Shown: one piece after another, positions 1 to 11,800 of the stretch | How the letters are laid out: each line of letters begins with the position of its first letter | How positions within the stretch are numbered: the stretch's first letter is position 1 | Origin: Candidatus Heimdallarchaeota archaeon B3_Heim | GTDB lineage: Archaea > Asgardarchaeota > Heimdallarchaeia > Hodarchaeales > Hodarchaeaceae | Direction of reading: 5' to 3' | DNA: 32,000 bases | Assembly: GCA_003144275.1 (NCBI GenBank) | Contig: NJBF01000005.1 | Coordinates: forward strand, 1-32,000 | The notes under the pieces: generated by a model | What the model was told of the DNA's origin: nothing | What the model saw: the letters and a program-made list of their open reading frames with translations, nothing else | Database searches by the model: none | Made by a program: the position numbers and the translations under genes

Positions 1-1152
1 TAACACTTAACCCACATTTAGGGACCTTAACCCCAGGCTGCGTTGTTCCGCTTTCGGTCGTGAGGCTTACCCCCACGTACCCGTCTGCCGGAGTCTACGT
101 AGTCGTCGCATTCGAAGTTTGAAAGAGGCTCCGAGATTTTACTCTCCGAGATACTCAATCCGGGCTCTACCACGGCAACATACTCGTCCGACGCTGGACT
201 ATGGTCCACTTCTGCAGGAACCAGCTATCACGGATTTAGATTGGTCTTTTGCCCCTTCACCCAGGTCATGGGAGCCAGTTGCACTTGAGCATCCGTTCGC
301 TCCTCCACGGCTCTTTCGAGTCGCTTCAAGCTGCCCAGGCGAAGATCAATCCGTTTCTGGTGTTACCCCTGTGACTCCGCGCATTTTCATACGCCGCACC
401 TCGCCACCGTGTAGGTGGTTGTGTGCTTGTCGCTTTCGCTGTGACTCCGCGGTTTCTCCGCTTAATCTTGCCACAGAGGCAAACTCCCCGGCCCGTGTTT
501 CGAGACGGAGAGGGTGACCCCGATCCACTCCGATCACTTCTGCTGTTGCCAGCGATCATTTCTCGGAGTATCGACTCTTTCGGGCCACACACGTCTATAA
601 CCATGCAATTTCAGGGACTTTTCACTTCCCTCTCGGGATACTTTTCAACTTTCACTCACGTTACTAGTTCGCTATCGGTCTCGAGGTGTATTTAGAGTTG
701 GCAGTTAGTGCCTGCCGGCTTCACGCGAAATATCCAATCCACGCTACTCGGGACTCTCCTACGGCTGTGATCGTTACGTCTAGGGGGCTATCACCCTCTA
801 TGGCACAACGTTCCAGGAGTTTTCAACTTCTGATCACAGGCGATGATGGAGGTCCTCACACCACATCTCCTACCCTTCACAGGGAGGATTCAGTTTGCTC
901 TTTGTCCCGTTTCACTCGCTGTTACTCGGGGAATCGCGATTGTTTTCTTTTCCTCCGCCTACTAAGATGTTTCAGTTCGGCGGGTTCCTTTACCTTTCGG
1001 TATAACATGACTTATTAGTCCATGTTCGGAAGTCCGATTCGGAAATCTTCGGGTCTCAGCTTACTTGCAGCTCACCGAAGCGTATCGCCGCTTGTCACGT
1101 CCTTCATCAGCACTTCGAGCCTAGTCATCCATTGCACGGCGTAGTGGCAGTC
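1..1152 (-). rRNA. rrl: 23S rRNA, 5' part (runs off the window start)
   Basis: The reverse complement carries conserved LSU motifs, e.g. GGATGACTAGGCTCG...CTGATGAAGGACGTG near the 5' end, AGTAACGAGTGAA-like, CCTGAAAT, CGTCTCGAAACACG and GATAGCTGGTTCC. The 5' end is approximate, by analogy to known archaeal 23S starts. Confidence 0.97.
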
Positions 1153-3089
<1,937 letters not shown>

Positions 3090-3385
3090 TACACGGAAGT
3101 TTGCGTTGCTATTTTACTTCTTTTGAGGAATTTTATTTGCGGTGGTATTATTACGAACCCTCTTTCCTGAAGAAAGGGGTTTTTCATTTGAATTACCCAC
3201 CGTTCAGTTGTTGTTGACTTCAACTATCAGGGAAAAAAAATGTATTTGATTTTTACATTCATCTATCGTTTTTCCTTGAGCTTCTGATCTTATGTCTGTA
3301 CGCTTTTTAGACGACGGTCGAGATTGATCATTAAAAGAGGATTCCTGTCACCAGGACGACCTGGCGTTTGACTGCTGATTCAGTC

Positions 3386-3415
3386 CAGTCAACTAATACG
3401 ACTTTCGCCGTATTA
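3386..3415 (-). other. Pre-rRNA leader structure: GAAA-capped hairpin and a candidate long-range stem with the ITS
   Basis: The minus strand reads TAATACG-GC-GAAA-GT-CGTATTA (3394-3415). CAGTCAACTA (3386-3395) is the exact reverse complement of TAGTTGACTG in the ITS (1374-1383). Confidence 0.45.
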
Positions 3416-3670
3416 TCCAAGATTGGTTATTGATAGTTCTTGGTCGCTCCAGCTACGCTTAACCGACGTTTTACGGATTACGTTTCCTAACCGCTGGTTG
3501 GCTGTGAGGCGTGTGTGTATCTCCATTTTTATTTTGATACGCACAGGAATCAACACCAATCGCTTTCTCACTGATGCGTTGGTGTCTTTTTGATTACTAT
3601 TTCTGAGCCCACTTTTCGTTTACAAAAATGTGCCCACATCTGCTAGGCTCATTCTGCTATATAAGATTAT

Positions 3671-3910
3671 TCATGTTGTTTTCCGCTGTGTTTTGCAGAT
3701 AGCCTTGAATAGTCTTGGTTCTTGCCGAATGGCCTTTGCTCTTGCGATTTGCAAGCAAAAAGAGCATAATGTGAATGATGTTTTAAGACTATTTTTCCTG
3801 TTACTGGGATTCTGGGTGTAATTTCCTTGTCTTGTGTAATTCGGGTGGGTTCTCGTTTTCTTCTCCGATTCGCTTGTTTTCCTCTGTTTTCTTCCTCTTC
3901 TGTTTCTCAA
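3671..3910 (-). CDS. Possible small basic protein with a CxxC motif (79 aa, TTG start)
   Basis: Open frame that is Arg/Lys-rich and contains LCSFCLQIARAKAIR. No clear SD and no family recognised. Confidence 0.3.
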   Translation of the reverse strand: MRNRRGRKQRKTSESEKKTRTHPNYTRQGNYTQNPSNRKNSLKTSFTLCSFCLQIARAKAIRQEPRLFKAICKTQRKTT

Positions 3911-3985
3911 TTTGATGTAAACCCTTAAAAATCCTGATATTCTGATTTAGATATTATAGGAAATTCTTGTTGAGAGGAAGAGCGA

Positions 3986-4693
3986 ATGCAGATTAAATCT
4001 AGAGTTCTAATTGTTTTTCTACTATTTTTACTGTTTGGTCATTTGTATCTCTCATCTGCTAATTCAGACGACTTAGAATGGAGGGTTAACGTTGGAGATA
4101 CAATGACTTATGTCTATACTAAGGTCTATGGTTATAATGTTAGTGATCCTGACCCCACATATGTAAAATACATGTCTGTCACAGCTATTAATGGAACCCC
4201 TGTCGAACTTGCCTATACCAGTGGTACGAAGTTTTCTGTTGAAATTATTCAGATTGAGGGTCAATATGCCACGACTCAGATCACCATGGACGGTGTCACC
4301 TACGAACCTGAATACGGTAGTTTCGTCTCACAAACCACCGACAATCTCACCTATTGGGAAGATTTAGTGAGGAGACAAAACTCAAGCTCAAGCTTCCTAA
4401 ATGCCAATATCTCGTTTGATGGTTACGAATATATAATTGAAGGATTAATTTTTTTTCCCCAATTAAATGAATCGTGGAAGTCAATCTATAAAAGAAATTG
4501 GAAGACTGGTTGGTATACTTACATCCATGTTGTCCAAGATCAGAATATCTCTGGAGAACTTGTTGTTATTTCTGAGCTTGAACTTATGATTGACTCCAGT
4601 AATGGAATTCCCGGCTTTACCGTGTTTTCTTTTATTTATTGTTTTCCAATAGTCCTCATACTCACCCGACATTTCACAAAGAAGAAGTTTTAG
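3986..4693 (+). CDS. Secreted surface protein with a PGF-CTERM-like anchor (235 aa)
   Basis: N-terminal signal peptide, several N-x-S/T sequons, and C-terminal IPGF followed by a hydrophobic helix and a basic tail (RHFTKKKF). Confidence 0.88.
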   Translation: MQIKSRVLIVFLLFLLFGHLYLSSANSDDLEWRVNVGDTMTYVYTKVYGYNVSDPDPTYVKYMSVTAINGTPVELAYTSGTKFSVEIIQIEGQYATTQITMDGVTYEPEYGSFVSQTTDNLTYWEDLVRRQNSSSSFLNANISFDGYEYIIEGLIFFPQLNESWKSIYKRNWKTGWYTYIHVVQDQNISGELVVISELELMIDSSNGIPGFTVFSFIYCFPIVLILTRHFTKKKF

Positions 4694-4749
4694 AGAGTGA
4701 AAAGATCCTTTAAAAATCTATTACTACTACCACTAAGAAAATAGAGGGA

Positions 4750-6147
4750 TTACTTCCCTCTTTTCCTTCTGAGACGAATTACGATTCCTAATCCTATACT
4801 ACTTAGGATGCTTACTGGAAAACTTGTTGCGCTTGTTGTGGTCGTTGGAGTAGTCGTAATGGTTGTTGTAGTAGTACTAGGATACTGGATTTCGTTCACT
4901 TTATCGAATTTTCCAAGCCAGAAATCTCGATATCCTGCTCCTGTGCCTCCATTTTCGACAAACGCCAGTGCGACTAATGCTTCACTGGACTCAGACCCTT
5001 CTACAAGTACCATATCAACAATTCTCTCGCCTTTTAATTCTTCACCATATGTTACATGTCCTTGAATATTTCCTGTACTATTCAGCCTAAGGATACACAT
5101 ATTACCTGTTTCAGAGCTGTCACTAAGGGAACCAAATGACCCTCCTATGTAGTAATCGCCTGTTGGACTTTGAAGACATACTGTAGGTGTATCATAAGAT
5201 GTTCCATCGAAAGTTGTATTCCATTCGATATTTCCATTTGAGTCGCATTTGATTATCCAGTATTCTTTACCAACGCGATAATTATCTGCAGCCGGATGAC
5301 AAGTGAGTAAAAATCCACCATCTGATGTCTCTATCAGATTCCTTTCCCATGTAATAAACGACTCTGTTCCTTTTGTATATGTTTGATCCCAGAGAACTGT
5401 TCCATTCTCGTCGATTTTCAATATCCAGATAGAATGAGGATGGTCAGACAATCCACCCATAAGATAGTTACCATCGTTCAAAGGAATAAGGGATGTTCCT
5501 TGATCATATCCTTCCCTTCGATATGTTTTATTCCATTCCAGATTCCCATTACCATCAGTTTTGAGAAGCCAATAGTCTGTATCCCAACTTTCTGTTGATG
5601 CAAATTCTGATTGTGTTGCTCCACTGATCAAATATCCTCCATCCGTTGCGGCAACAATTTGGCTTCCATAATCAGGTCCATCTTCTGTTCCGTTTATTGT
5701 CTTGTTCCACTCTTCTGTTCCATTCTCATCTGTCTTCAATATCCAGAGATCCCATGTGGAGGAATCAGTACTAAAAGCAAGACCTGTTAATGCATATCCT
5801 CCCTCTGGGGATTGTGTTATGCTTCTTATATGTCCTTGGGGTTTCGATTCAGGGGTGTAACTCTGATTCCATTTTTGAATCCCTTCTAAATCGACTTTAA
5901 TCAACCACGGTATTTGAACAGGGCCTCCTCTATCACGTGATCCTGTAAGAAGATATCCATCGGATGTCACCAGCAATTGTGTCGGAGCATCTTCCTTCGG
6001 AGACTCAAATACTCTCTCCCATACGGGGGTTATTGTTTCTTTCCCTTCGATTTCAAATATTGGCGTTAATATGACTGTTATCAGAAAAAACCCACAGACA
6101 ATTAACCCCAGCTCATATTTTCGCTGATTTTTCCTTCTTATACTCAT
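4750..6147 (-). CDS. Membrane-anchored beta-propeller surface protein (465 aa)
   Basis: Signal peptide, repeats of (D)xW(I/L)(L/I)KTDxNGxxxWNxT and DGGY, a Thr-rich linker, then SATSFP + TM helix + RLRRKRGK. Confidence 0.9.
   Translation of the reverse strand: MSIRRKNQRKYELGLIVCGFFLITVILTPIFEIEGKETITPVWERVFESPKEDAPTQLLVTSDGYLLTGSRDRGGPVQIPWLIKVDLEGIQKWNQSYTPESKPQGHIRSITQSPEGGYALTGLAFSTDSSTWDLWILKTDENGTEEWNKTINGTEDGPDYGSQIVAATDGGYLISGATQSEFASTESWDTDYWLLKTDGNGNLEWNKTYRREGYDQGTSLIPLNDGNYLMGGLSDHPHSIWILKIDENGTVLWDQTYTKGTESFITWERNLIETSDGGFLLTCHPAADNYRVGKEYWIIKCDSNGNIEWNTTFDGTSYDTPTVCLQSPTGDYYIGGSFGSLSDSSETGNMCILRLNSTGNIQGHVTYGEELKGERIVDMVLVEGSESSEALVALAFVENGGTGAGYRDFWLGKFDKVNEIQYPSTTTTTITTTPTTTTSATSFPVSILSSIGLGIVIRLRRKRGK
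4815..4866. repeat. 52-bp direct repeat, copy 1 (Thr linker/anchor coding sequence)
   Basis: CTGGAAAACTTGTTGCGCTTGTTGTGGTCGTTGGAGTAGTCGTAATGGTTGT is identical at 6257-6308. Confidence 0.95.
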
Positions 6148-6191
6148 TCTTATCCCTTTCTACTGATTGATTTTTGAAAAGAAGAGAGAAA

Positions 6192-7910
6192 TTACCTCCC
6201 TCTTTTCTTTCTGAGATGAATTATTGTTCCCAGTCCTAAACAAATTATGATACTTGCTGGAAAACTTGTTGCGCTTGTTGTGGTCGTTGGAGTAGTCGTA
6301 ATGGTTGTAGTAGTGGTAGTAGTAGTAGTCGTTGAGGGAATGTAAGTATAATTCAGCTGAGCAATGAAGACATCTGACGCACCATTCCAGGTCGTATTCA
6401 GAGCATTTGGCGTTACTGGAAAATCACTTGATTGTGTAGATCCTACCATCAACATAGTTTTTGAAGTGAGTGCTATCACTTCTCCCGCATCATGTCCATC
6501 TGCTTCTCCGAGAACCCCGAAATCATCGTTGTCACTACCTCCGAGGTAGGTAGAATATGTTAATTCTGTTAGTTCAGGGTTGAGTGCAGCTAGAATATAG
6601 TCTGTAAGCCCATTCATTTCCTTATCATGAGCGTTTGCAGTGGTTGGAAAATTACTTGATTTGGTATACCCTACAATATAGGGATCGCCTTCTACTGACA
6701 ATGTTATCCCGCTTGCGAGATCTTTGTTTGTTCCTCCCAGAAAACTTGATGCTAAAAGGATTGATCCATTTTTTGCTAATTTTCCCACAAACAGATCATA
6801 ATTTCCCTGAAAATTCTCTCTGAATGAATTACTAGTGGTTGGAAAATTGCTTGATGCTGTTGTTCCCGTAAAATATAGGTCATCATTAGCATCTACTATC
6901 ATTCCTGTCAGCTGCTCCCATTCTGTTCCCCCCACGAATGTTGAATAGATGAGGGTTGACCCATCTGCGGCTATTTTTGTAATATAGAGGTTTGCATTAC
7001 TATAAGTCTTATCAAAAGCTGTGGCTGTTATGGGAAAATCGCTGGACAGTGTTGTTCCTCCCACTATGATATTCTTTTCACTATCTAGTGCCACTCCCAT
7101 ACTATATTCTTTGCCGGATCCTCCTAGAAATGTCGAATATAACACTGATGACCCATCAGGAGAAATTTTGCTAATAAATGCCTCTCTAGTCTGAATTGTA
7201 TTATTTATTGCGTTTGGGGTTAACGGAAAGTCCGGGGATTCTGTATTCCCTGTTACATAGATATTATCCTCATTGTCCAGAACTAAGCGATTATTCCCTA
7301 AATTATTGAAATCAAAGTCGTTTCCTCCGAAATAAGTTGAAAACATTAGTGTTGAACCATTTTCAGCAAGTTTTGTTAGGAAGAGATCTTGATTTCCGTT
7401 ATATGTCTCATTTAATGCTCCTGGTGTTACCGGAAAGTCATCTGATGTTGTTGTCCCATAAATCACTATATTATTCGCACTATCAACTGCGATGTCTAGC
7501 GAATGGTAAGAGACACCTGTCGTGCCAATACAATTATCATCGTCGCTTCCACCTAATACAGTTGAGAAAATCAGTTCTGTCCTGTCACTGGACCATTTAC
7601 TGATAAATACATCGGATTCACCATTATGTGTTTGATCATACGCCGTTTCAGTTGTGGGAAAGTCGCTAGAATAGGTTAATCCGGCCAGAATAATATTTCC
7701 TTGATTATCCTGAGCTATACACAGGCCATGGTCATTTCCTATTCCACCAAAAAAACTTGAGTAGATTAAACTGCCTGCATTTACACTTCCTTCTTGGACT
7801 TGTGACTGATCTTCTGGATAAAGAATAGATGTTTCTCCTGGAATCAAGAGGAAGAGTGTGAAGAATAGTATAGAAGTTATTATACTTATTTTTTTGCCTT
7901 TAGCATTCAT
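6192..7910 (-). CDS. SBBP-repeat (seven-bladed beta-propeller) surface protein (572 aa)
   Basis: Seven (Y/F/A)S(T/S)(Y/F/V)(L/F/V)GG units interleaved with SxDFPxT motifs, a signal peptide, a Thr linker, and SATSFP + TM helix + basic tail. Confidence 0.9.
   Translation of the reverse strand: MNAKGKKISIITSILFFTLFLLIPGETSILYPEDQSQVQEGSVNAGSLIYSSFFGGIGNDHGLCIAQDNQGNIILAGLTYSSDFPTTETAYDQTHNGESDVFISKWSSDRTELIFSTVLGGSDDDNCIGTTGVSYHSLDIAVDSANNIVIYGTTTSDDFPVTPGALNETYNGNQDLFLTKLAENGSTLMFSTYFGGNDFDFNNLGNNRLVLDNEDNIYVTGNTESPDFPLTPNAINNTIQTREAFISKISPDGSSVLYSTFLGGSGKEYSMGVALDSEKNIIVGGTTLSSDFPITATAFDKTYSNANLYITKIAADGSTLIYSTFVGGTEWEQLTGMIVDANDDLYFTGTTASSNFPTTSNSFRENFQGNYDLFVGKLAKNGSILLASSFLGGTNKDLASGITLSVEGDPYIVGYTKSSNFPTTANAHDKEMNGLTDYILAALNPELTELTYSTYLGGSDNDDFGVLGEADGHDAGEVIALTSKTMLMVGSTQSSDFPVTPNALNTTWNGASDVFIAQLNYTYIPSTTTTTTTTTTITTTPTTTTSATSFPASIIICLGLGTIIHLRKKRGR
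6257..6308. repeat. 52-bp direct repeat, copy 2
   Basis: Identical to 4815-4866. Confidence 0.95.
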
Positions 7911-8094
7911 TTTTTCATCACATCTTGATCAATTTCTTGTTACCGTCATGTATGACTAGTGGGGATAAAGAAAATATTCATTTATATTACGAATCGTATT
8001 CTTCTCCTTCTTGCTTTATTTTTTCGCGGTTGATACTTATGTTCATCATATTTTTTTGCTATCCGAGGTGAAGGAAAGATGGGAGAAATATTTA

Positions 8095-10929
8095 CTATTT
8101 CTTCCTTTTCCGATATATAATTCCTTCTTTCTTACCTAATATTTTTCGATATATGGCTAAAATGACCATTGTAGATAATATGGGGAGAGTAAGTATGTTT
8201 GAAGCAGAATATACTGTAGTTATTCCTTGCAGATTTGATCCGAAACCTGTCTCTGACGATTCTTTTTCAAACCTTTCATTCTTCTCTCCTTCTCCAAATC
8301 CAATCCTCTGTTCCCATTGAGAAGTGCCTTGTAGGTCAATTTCTGTTACCCAGATATCTAGAGATGCCCCCGTTTCAGGATAAGTAACGCTTACGGTTCC
8401 TGCGAGTGTAAATTTTTCATTTCCAGTCTGGATAACTGTGTAAATCCCTAGTTTAGAATATTCAGACATGTCACTACTATCTGATAAGGTCTTATTCCAT
8501 ATGACTCTTCCCCTATCATCTGTTCTTAGAAGCCAACCGCCAAAACCAATGATATATCCTCCATCTTGAGTTGGAGTGAAAGCGTGCTTCGTCCCAGGAA
8601 AAATATGACAGTATTTATCGTCAAATCTTCCACCCCAGAAACATGGTCTTCCAATCGAATACGCTTTATACGATTTATACGACTGATTCCATTCCATTAG
8701 TCCAGTTTCATCTATTTTTATCAAAAACGGAGCGTATCCTACTGGATGACAATACTCTATGCAGTGGAGATAACTCTCACCCATAATAATGTAACTGTCA
8801 TTTAATTGGGTTACCCCACTAATTTTGTAATAATCCTCGTCAAAATAACCTGTATAAATAGAGTTCCATTGTAATTTTCCTTCACTGTCGACTTTAGTGA
8901 GAACCACTGAACCACTCCTATACTCTCCCTGAATGTAAGAGCTACCCACATATGCTCCCAGAATATATTCCTCATCTTCATTCTGGAATACTGTCGAGGC
9001 ATAGATAGAACAATTTTCTTCATATCCCAGTTGTATACTATTGTAGGTTTGATTCCATTCCATCACTCCCTTTTCATCTGTTTTAACAATGAAAACTTCG
9101 AAAAAACCTGATTCAGTAGAATTTGAACAACCAACTAATATAAATCCCAGGTCAGGGGTCTGAATAATGTCTTCACACCATTCATTTCCCCCTCCTCCAT
9201 ATGTTTGGTTCCAAATCACCTCTCCTTGAGTGCTTGTTTTTACTAACCACATATCAAGTCCACCTGCTCCAATTGAACCCGTAACTCCTCCAAAAGCCAA
9301 AGCACCGTCATTGGTCTTGATTAATTTTTCTATTCCGTCTTCACTATCTCCTCCGTATACTTGAGTCCATTTTATTCCTTCTATGCTCTCTATCGCTGTC
9401 ATAAAGGCATTATTTTTTCCATTTCCTATTGAACTGGTGCATCCTGCGACAATAAGTTCACCCGAATTGGTTCGAATTATAGAGGAAGCCCATTCATCAT
9501 CTAAAGGTATAAAATAGGATTTCATTGAGACAAGTTGCCCATTAGTCTCGTATTTCATTAAATTAACAGTAGAACTGTCTGTAACCAAATAATTATTTCC
9601 TGAAATGATATATTGATCACTAGAGGATTTGAGAAGATGAGTGATTTCCAAATCCTCGATTTTTTGCCTCCATATCAGCTCTCCTCCTGCAGAGAATTTT
9701 ACAAGATAAGATCTCAGGTCTCCACCCCAACATCGAAATGCCACAAGAATATCATTTCCATCAATTAGGAATGGAATATAATCTACATAGAAGAAATAAT
9801 GGTCATAAATTGACGTAGGATCCTGATCCCATAATGTGCCCAGTAGAAGGGGAAGATCGTAAGCTTTTCTCCACATTAAAACCCCATTTGCATCAATTTT
9901 CGCCAACCCAAAATCTTCGGTAATATATGCACCTCCCCCTGGCTTAAGTTCAGATCTGTATTCGAGAATCAATTCCCCGCTGTAAGTTACTTGTATACCT
10001 TTAAGACAAAGCTGTTCATTTGGTTCTCCGTATCTCTGGTTCCATTCAATACTTCCTAGGTCGTTCAATTTTATTACTTGTATTTGGTAATCCTCTGAAT
10101 TTGACCCATAATACAATTCACCTTTTTCTGTCTGAATAAGGAAGTGGTCTTTCTTTGGTTCGGGACCTGCCCACTCATTTATTGAATTAAGATCTTGTTT
10201 CCATTGAACGGCTCCACTAGCGTCCAGCTTTAATAACCAGGTAGATCCAGTAGTCTCACGATCATATTTATTCTCAGTCCAGGTCTGCCAATAATTTGTG
10301 TAACCCCCAAGAATTATTCCCCCATCTAACGTTGATAGAAGACCAAAAAGTCTAATCTCACATGTGGAGTTTCTAGAATACGTTTTTTGCCAGATAATCT
10401 CTCCATTAGGATCCGTTTTTATCACCCAAAATTCAGAATATCCAGTAGAAGTGATATCATCAAATGAGCTTGTTATTCCATTATAAGCCCCTGCAATGGC
10501 ATATCCACCATCAATTGTTTGAACCGCAGACGGATCTGAATGATATGTCCAATTATGGAGACCGTAACTTCGAGACCATTGCGTTTCACCTGATTGATTT
10601 GTTTTGAGAAGCATTAAACTTGATATTCCATCAAAGCTGCTCTCTTCACAGAATACCGCAATTCCTTGGTCCTTTGTTTCAATGAGATCTGTTGTAATTA
10701 CTGTAGATGGTATAAGAATAGAATTTTGTGAGTTAATTTCAAAATTCGTTATGATATGTTGGGGATTATCCTTCGGGGGTAGTGGTGGAATTAATAGAAC
10801 AGTAAGAATTAGTGGAAAGATAAATACAGTAATCTTACGATTTTTAATTTTGCTTTGATTCTTTGGCCTTTCCAAACACATAGGTTTAGAGCTTATTAAT
10901 TCCTTTTTCTTGCGATATATACTTGTCAT
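8095..10929 (-). CDS. Large multi-propeller surface protein (944 aa)
   Basis: Many W(V/L)(I/L/V)KTDxxGxxxWxxTYGG and DGG(Y/F/A) repeats, an N-terminal basic + hydrophobic segment, and a C-terminal TM helix + basic tail. The start overlaps the upstream stop (ATGA). Confidence 0.9.
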   Translation of the reverse strand: MTSIYRKKKELISSKPMCLERPKNQSKIKNRKITVFIFPLILTVLLIPPLPPKDNPQHIITNFEINSQNSILIPSTVITTDLIETKDQGIAVFCEESSFDGISSLMLLKTNQSGETQWSRSYGLHNWTYHSDPSAVQTIDGGYAIAGAYNGITSSFDDITSTGYSEFWVIKTDPNGEIIWQKTYSRNSTCEIRLFGLLSTLDGGIILGGYTNYWQTWTENKYDRETTGSTWLLKLDASGAVQWKQDLNSINEWAGPEPKKDHFLIQTEKGELYYGSNSEDYQIQVIKLNDLGSIEWNQRYGEPNEQLCLKGIQVTYSGELILEYRSELKPGGGAYITEDFGLAKIDANGVLMWRKAYDLPLLLGTLWDQDPTSIYDHYFFYVDYIPFLIDGNDILVAFRCWGGDLRSYLVKFSAGGELIWRQKIEDLEITHLLKSSSDQYIISGNNYLVTDSSTVNLMKYETNGQLVSMKSYFIPLDDEWASSIIRTNSGELIVAGCTSSIGNGKNNAFMTAIESIEGIKWTQVYGGDSEDGIEKLIKTNDGALAFGGVTGSIGAGGLDMWLVKTSTQGEVIWNQTYGGGGNEWCEDIIQTPDLGFILVGCSNSTESGFFEVFIVKTDEKGVMEWNQTYNSIQLGYEENCSIYASTVFQNEDEEYILGAYVGSSYIQGEYRSGSVVLTKVDSEGKLQWNSIYTGYFDEDYYKISGVTQLNDSYIIMGESYLHCIEYCHPVGYAPFLIKIDETGLMEWNQSYKSYKAYSIGRPCFWGGRFDDKYCHIFPGTKHAFTPTQDGGYIIGFGGWLLRTDDRGRVIWNKTLSDSSDMSEYSKLGIYTVIQTGNEKFTLAGTVSVTYPETGASLDIWVTEIDLQGTSQWEQRIGFGEGEKNERFEKESSETGFGSNLQGITTVYSASNILTLPILSTMVILAIYRKILGKKEGIIYRKRKK

Positions 10930-11396
10930 TCCAACATTTTCTCCACAGTACTGAGGAGTATTTCTACCAGGTCTGTGGGACGCAAACTTCGATTCTCGAT
11001 CTCGATATTCCTCTCTTTGAACTCCTGGAGGATACTCTCCCTACAATACGAATATTTATCACATTTTACACAATCACCTTTATGATCATACCAGACCTGA
11101 ACTCCATTCTCAGGTGAAAAGGTAATATAGGCCTTTACATTGAACATATGACTTAATCCCCTTGCATACCCGTGTTCGGGGCTTATTACCTTTAATGTAA
11201 TCTTATTCATTCGTGCGGCATTTTGAAGTAGTGCTTTCACTCTTGTATTTGCTTCTGTTAATGTTTTACTTACCATTCCGGGTGTGACGCTTCTTTTCGC
11301 TGCAATTTCTCTCCCTGTTAGTTGTCCTCGTTTCATTGTCCATATTTCTATTTGGGTATCTGTGGGATATTTGACTTTCTGTGGGTAGAAATACAT
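10926..11396 (-). CDS. Putative HTH transcription regulator with a Cys/His metal-binding motif (156 aa)
   Basis: N-terminal TGREIAAKRSVTPGMVSKTL resembles an HTH. The C-terminal part contains WYDHKGDCVKCDKYSYC. Confidence 0.7.
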   Translation of the reverse strand: MYFYPQKVKYPTDTQIEIWTMKRGQLTGREIAAKRSVTPGMVSKTLTEANTRVKALLQNAARMNKITLKVISPEHGYARGLSHMFNVKAYITFSPENGVQVWYDHKGDCVKCDKYSYCRESILQEFKERNIEIENRSLRPTDLVEILLSTVEKMLE

Positions 11397-11411
11397 AATT
11401 TACCATTTTGG

Positions 11412-11434
11412 GTAAACTTATATATAAGGTTTAC
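11412..11434 (-). promoter_or_regulatory. TATA box embedded in a near-perfect palindrome upstream of the HTH gene
   Basis: GTAAAC-TTATATATAA-G-GTTTAC. TTATATA lies about 25-31 nt upstream of the ATG at 11396, which fits a leaderless archaeal promoter. Confidence 0.6.
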
Positions 11435-11443
11435 TACTTTTTG

Positions 11444-11602
11444 TTAGCTATTATGTGTTCCTGCAAAAGGATGCGATAGTGAAGATATGACTTTGGTCGT
11501 AGGTGATTCCCGAAGTGTAATTTCGCTTCCCTCTGTAATGCTCTCTTTTTCTGCTCTCTCTATTCCGAATTTAGCAAAGATGAATTCATCTAATGTTTTC
11601 AT
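11444..11602 (-). CDS. Possible small protein (52 aa, MKTLDEFIFAKFGIE...)
   Basis: ATG-to-TAA frame with protein-like composition, below the ORF track threshold. No family recognised. Confidence 0.3.
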   Translation of the reverse strand: MKTLDEFIFAKFGIERAEKESITEGSEITLRESPTTKVISSLSHPFAGTHNS

Positions 11603-11800
11603 TTCTCAAAATACGTCCTTTCACACGAATTTTCTGAATTGATCTGACTAGAAAGAGAAACGATTACATGGGGGGATGCTACTCCTTCCTTCTTAGCATA
11701 TGACCCCAGGAGTCTCTGTTTCCGCTTTCTGATACTCAATGATTTTTGTTGGAAAAACCAATAAGCTCAACTCATTTTCTGCTAATTACTGGTTAATATC

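Noticed and set aside
369-451. 13-bp direct repeat CTGTGACTCCGCG (369-381 and 439-451) in the 23S
   Set aside because: Both copies fall in GGAG-CA motif positions that resemble each other in other archaeal 23S genes. There is no length gain, so it is not an insertion or a large ES9 expansion.
6300-6332. (GTA/GTG/GTC)n microsatellite-like run
   Set aside because: It is explained by the poly-Thr linker codons.
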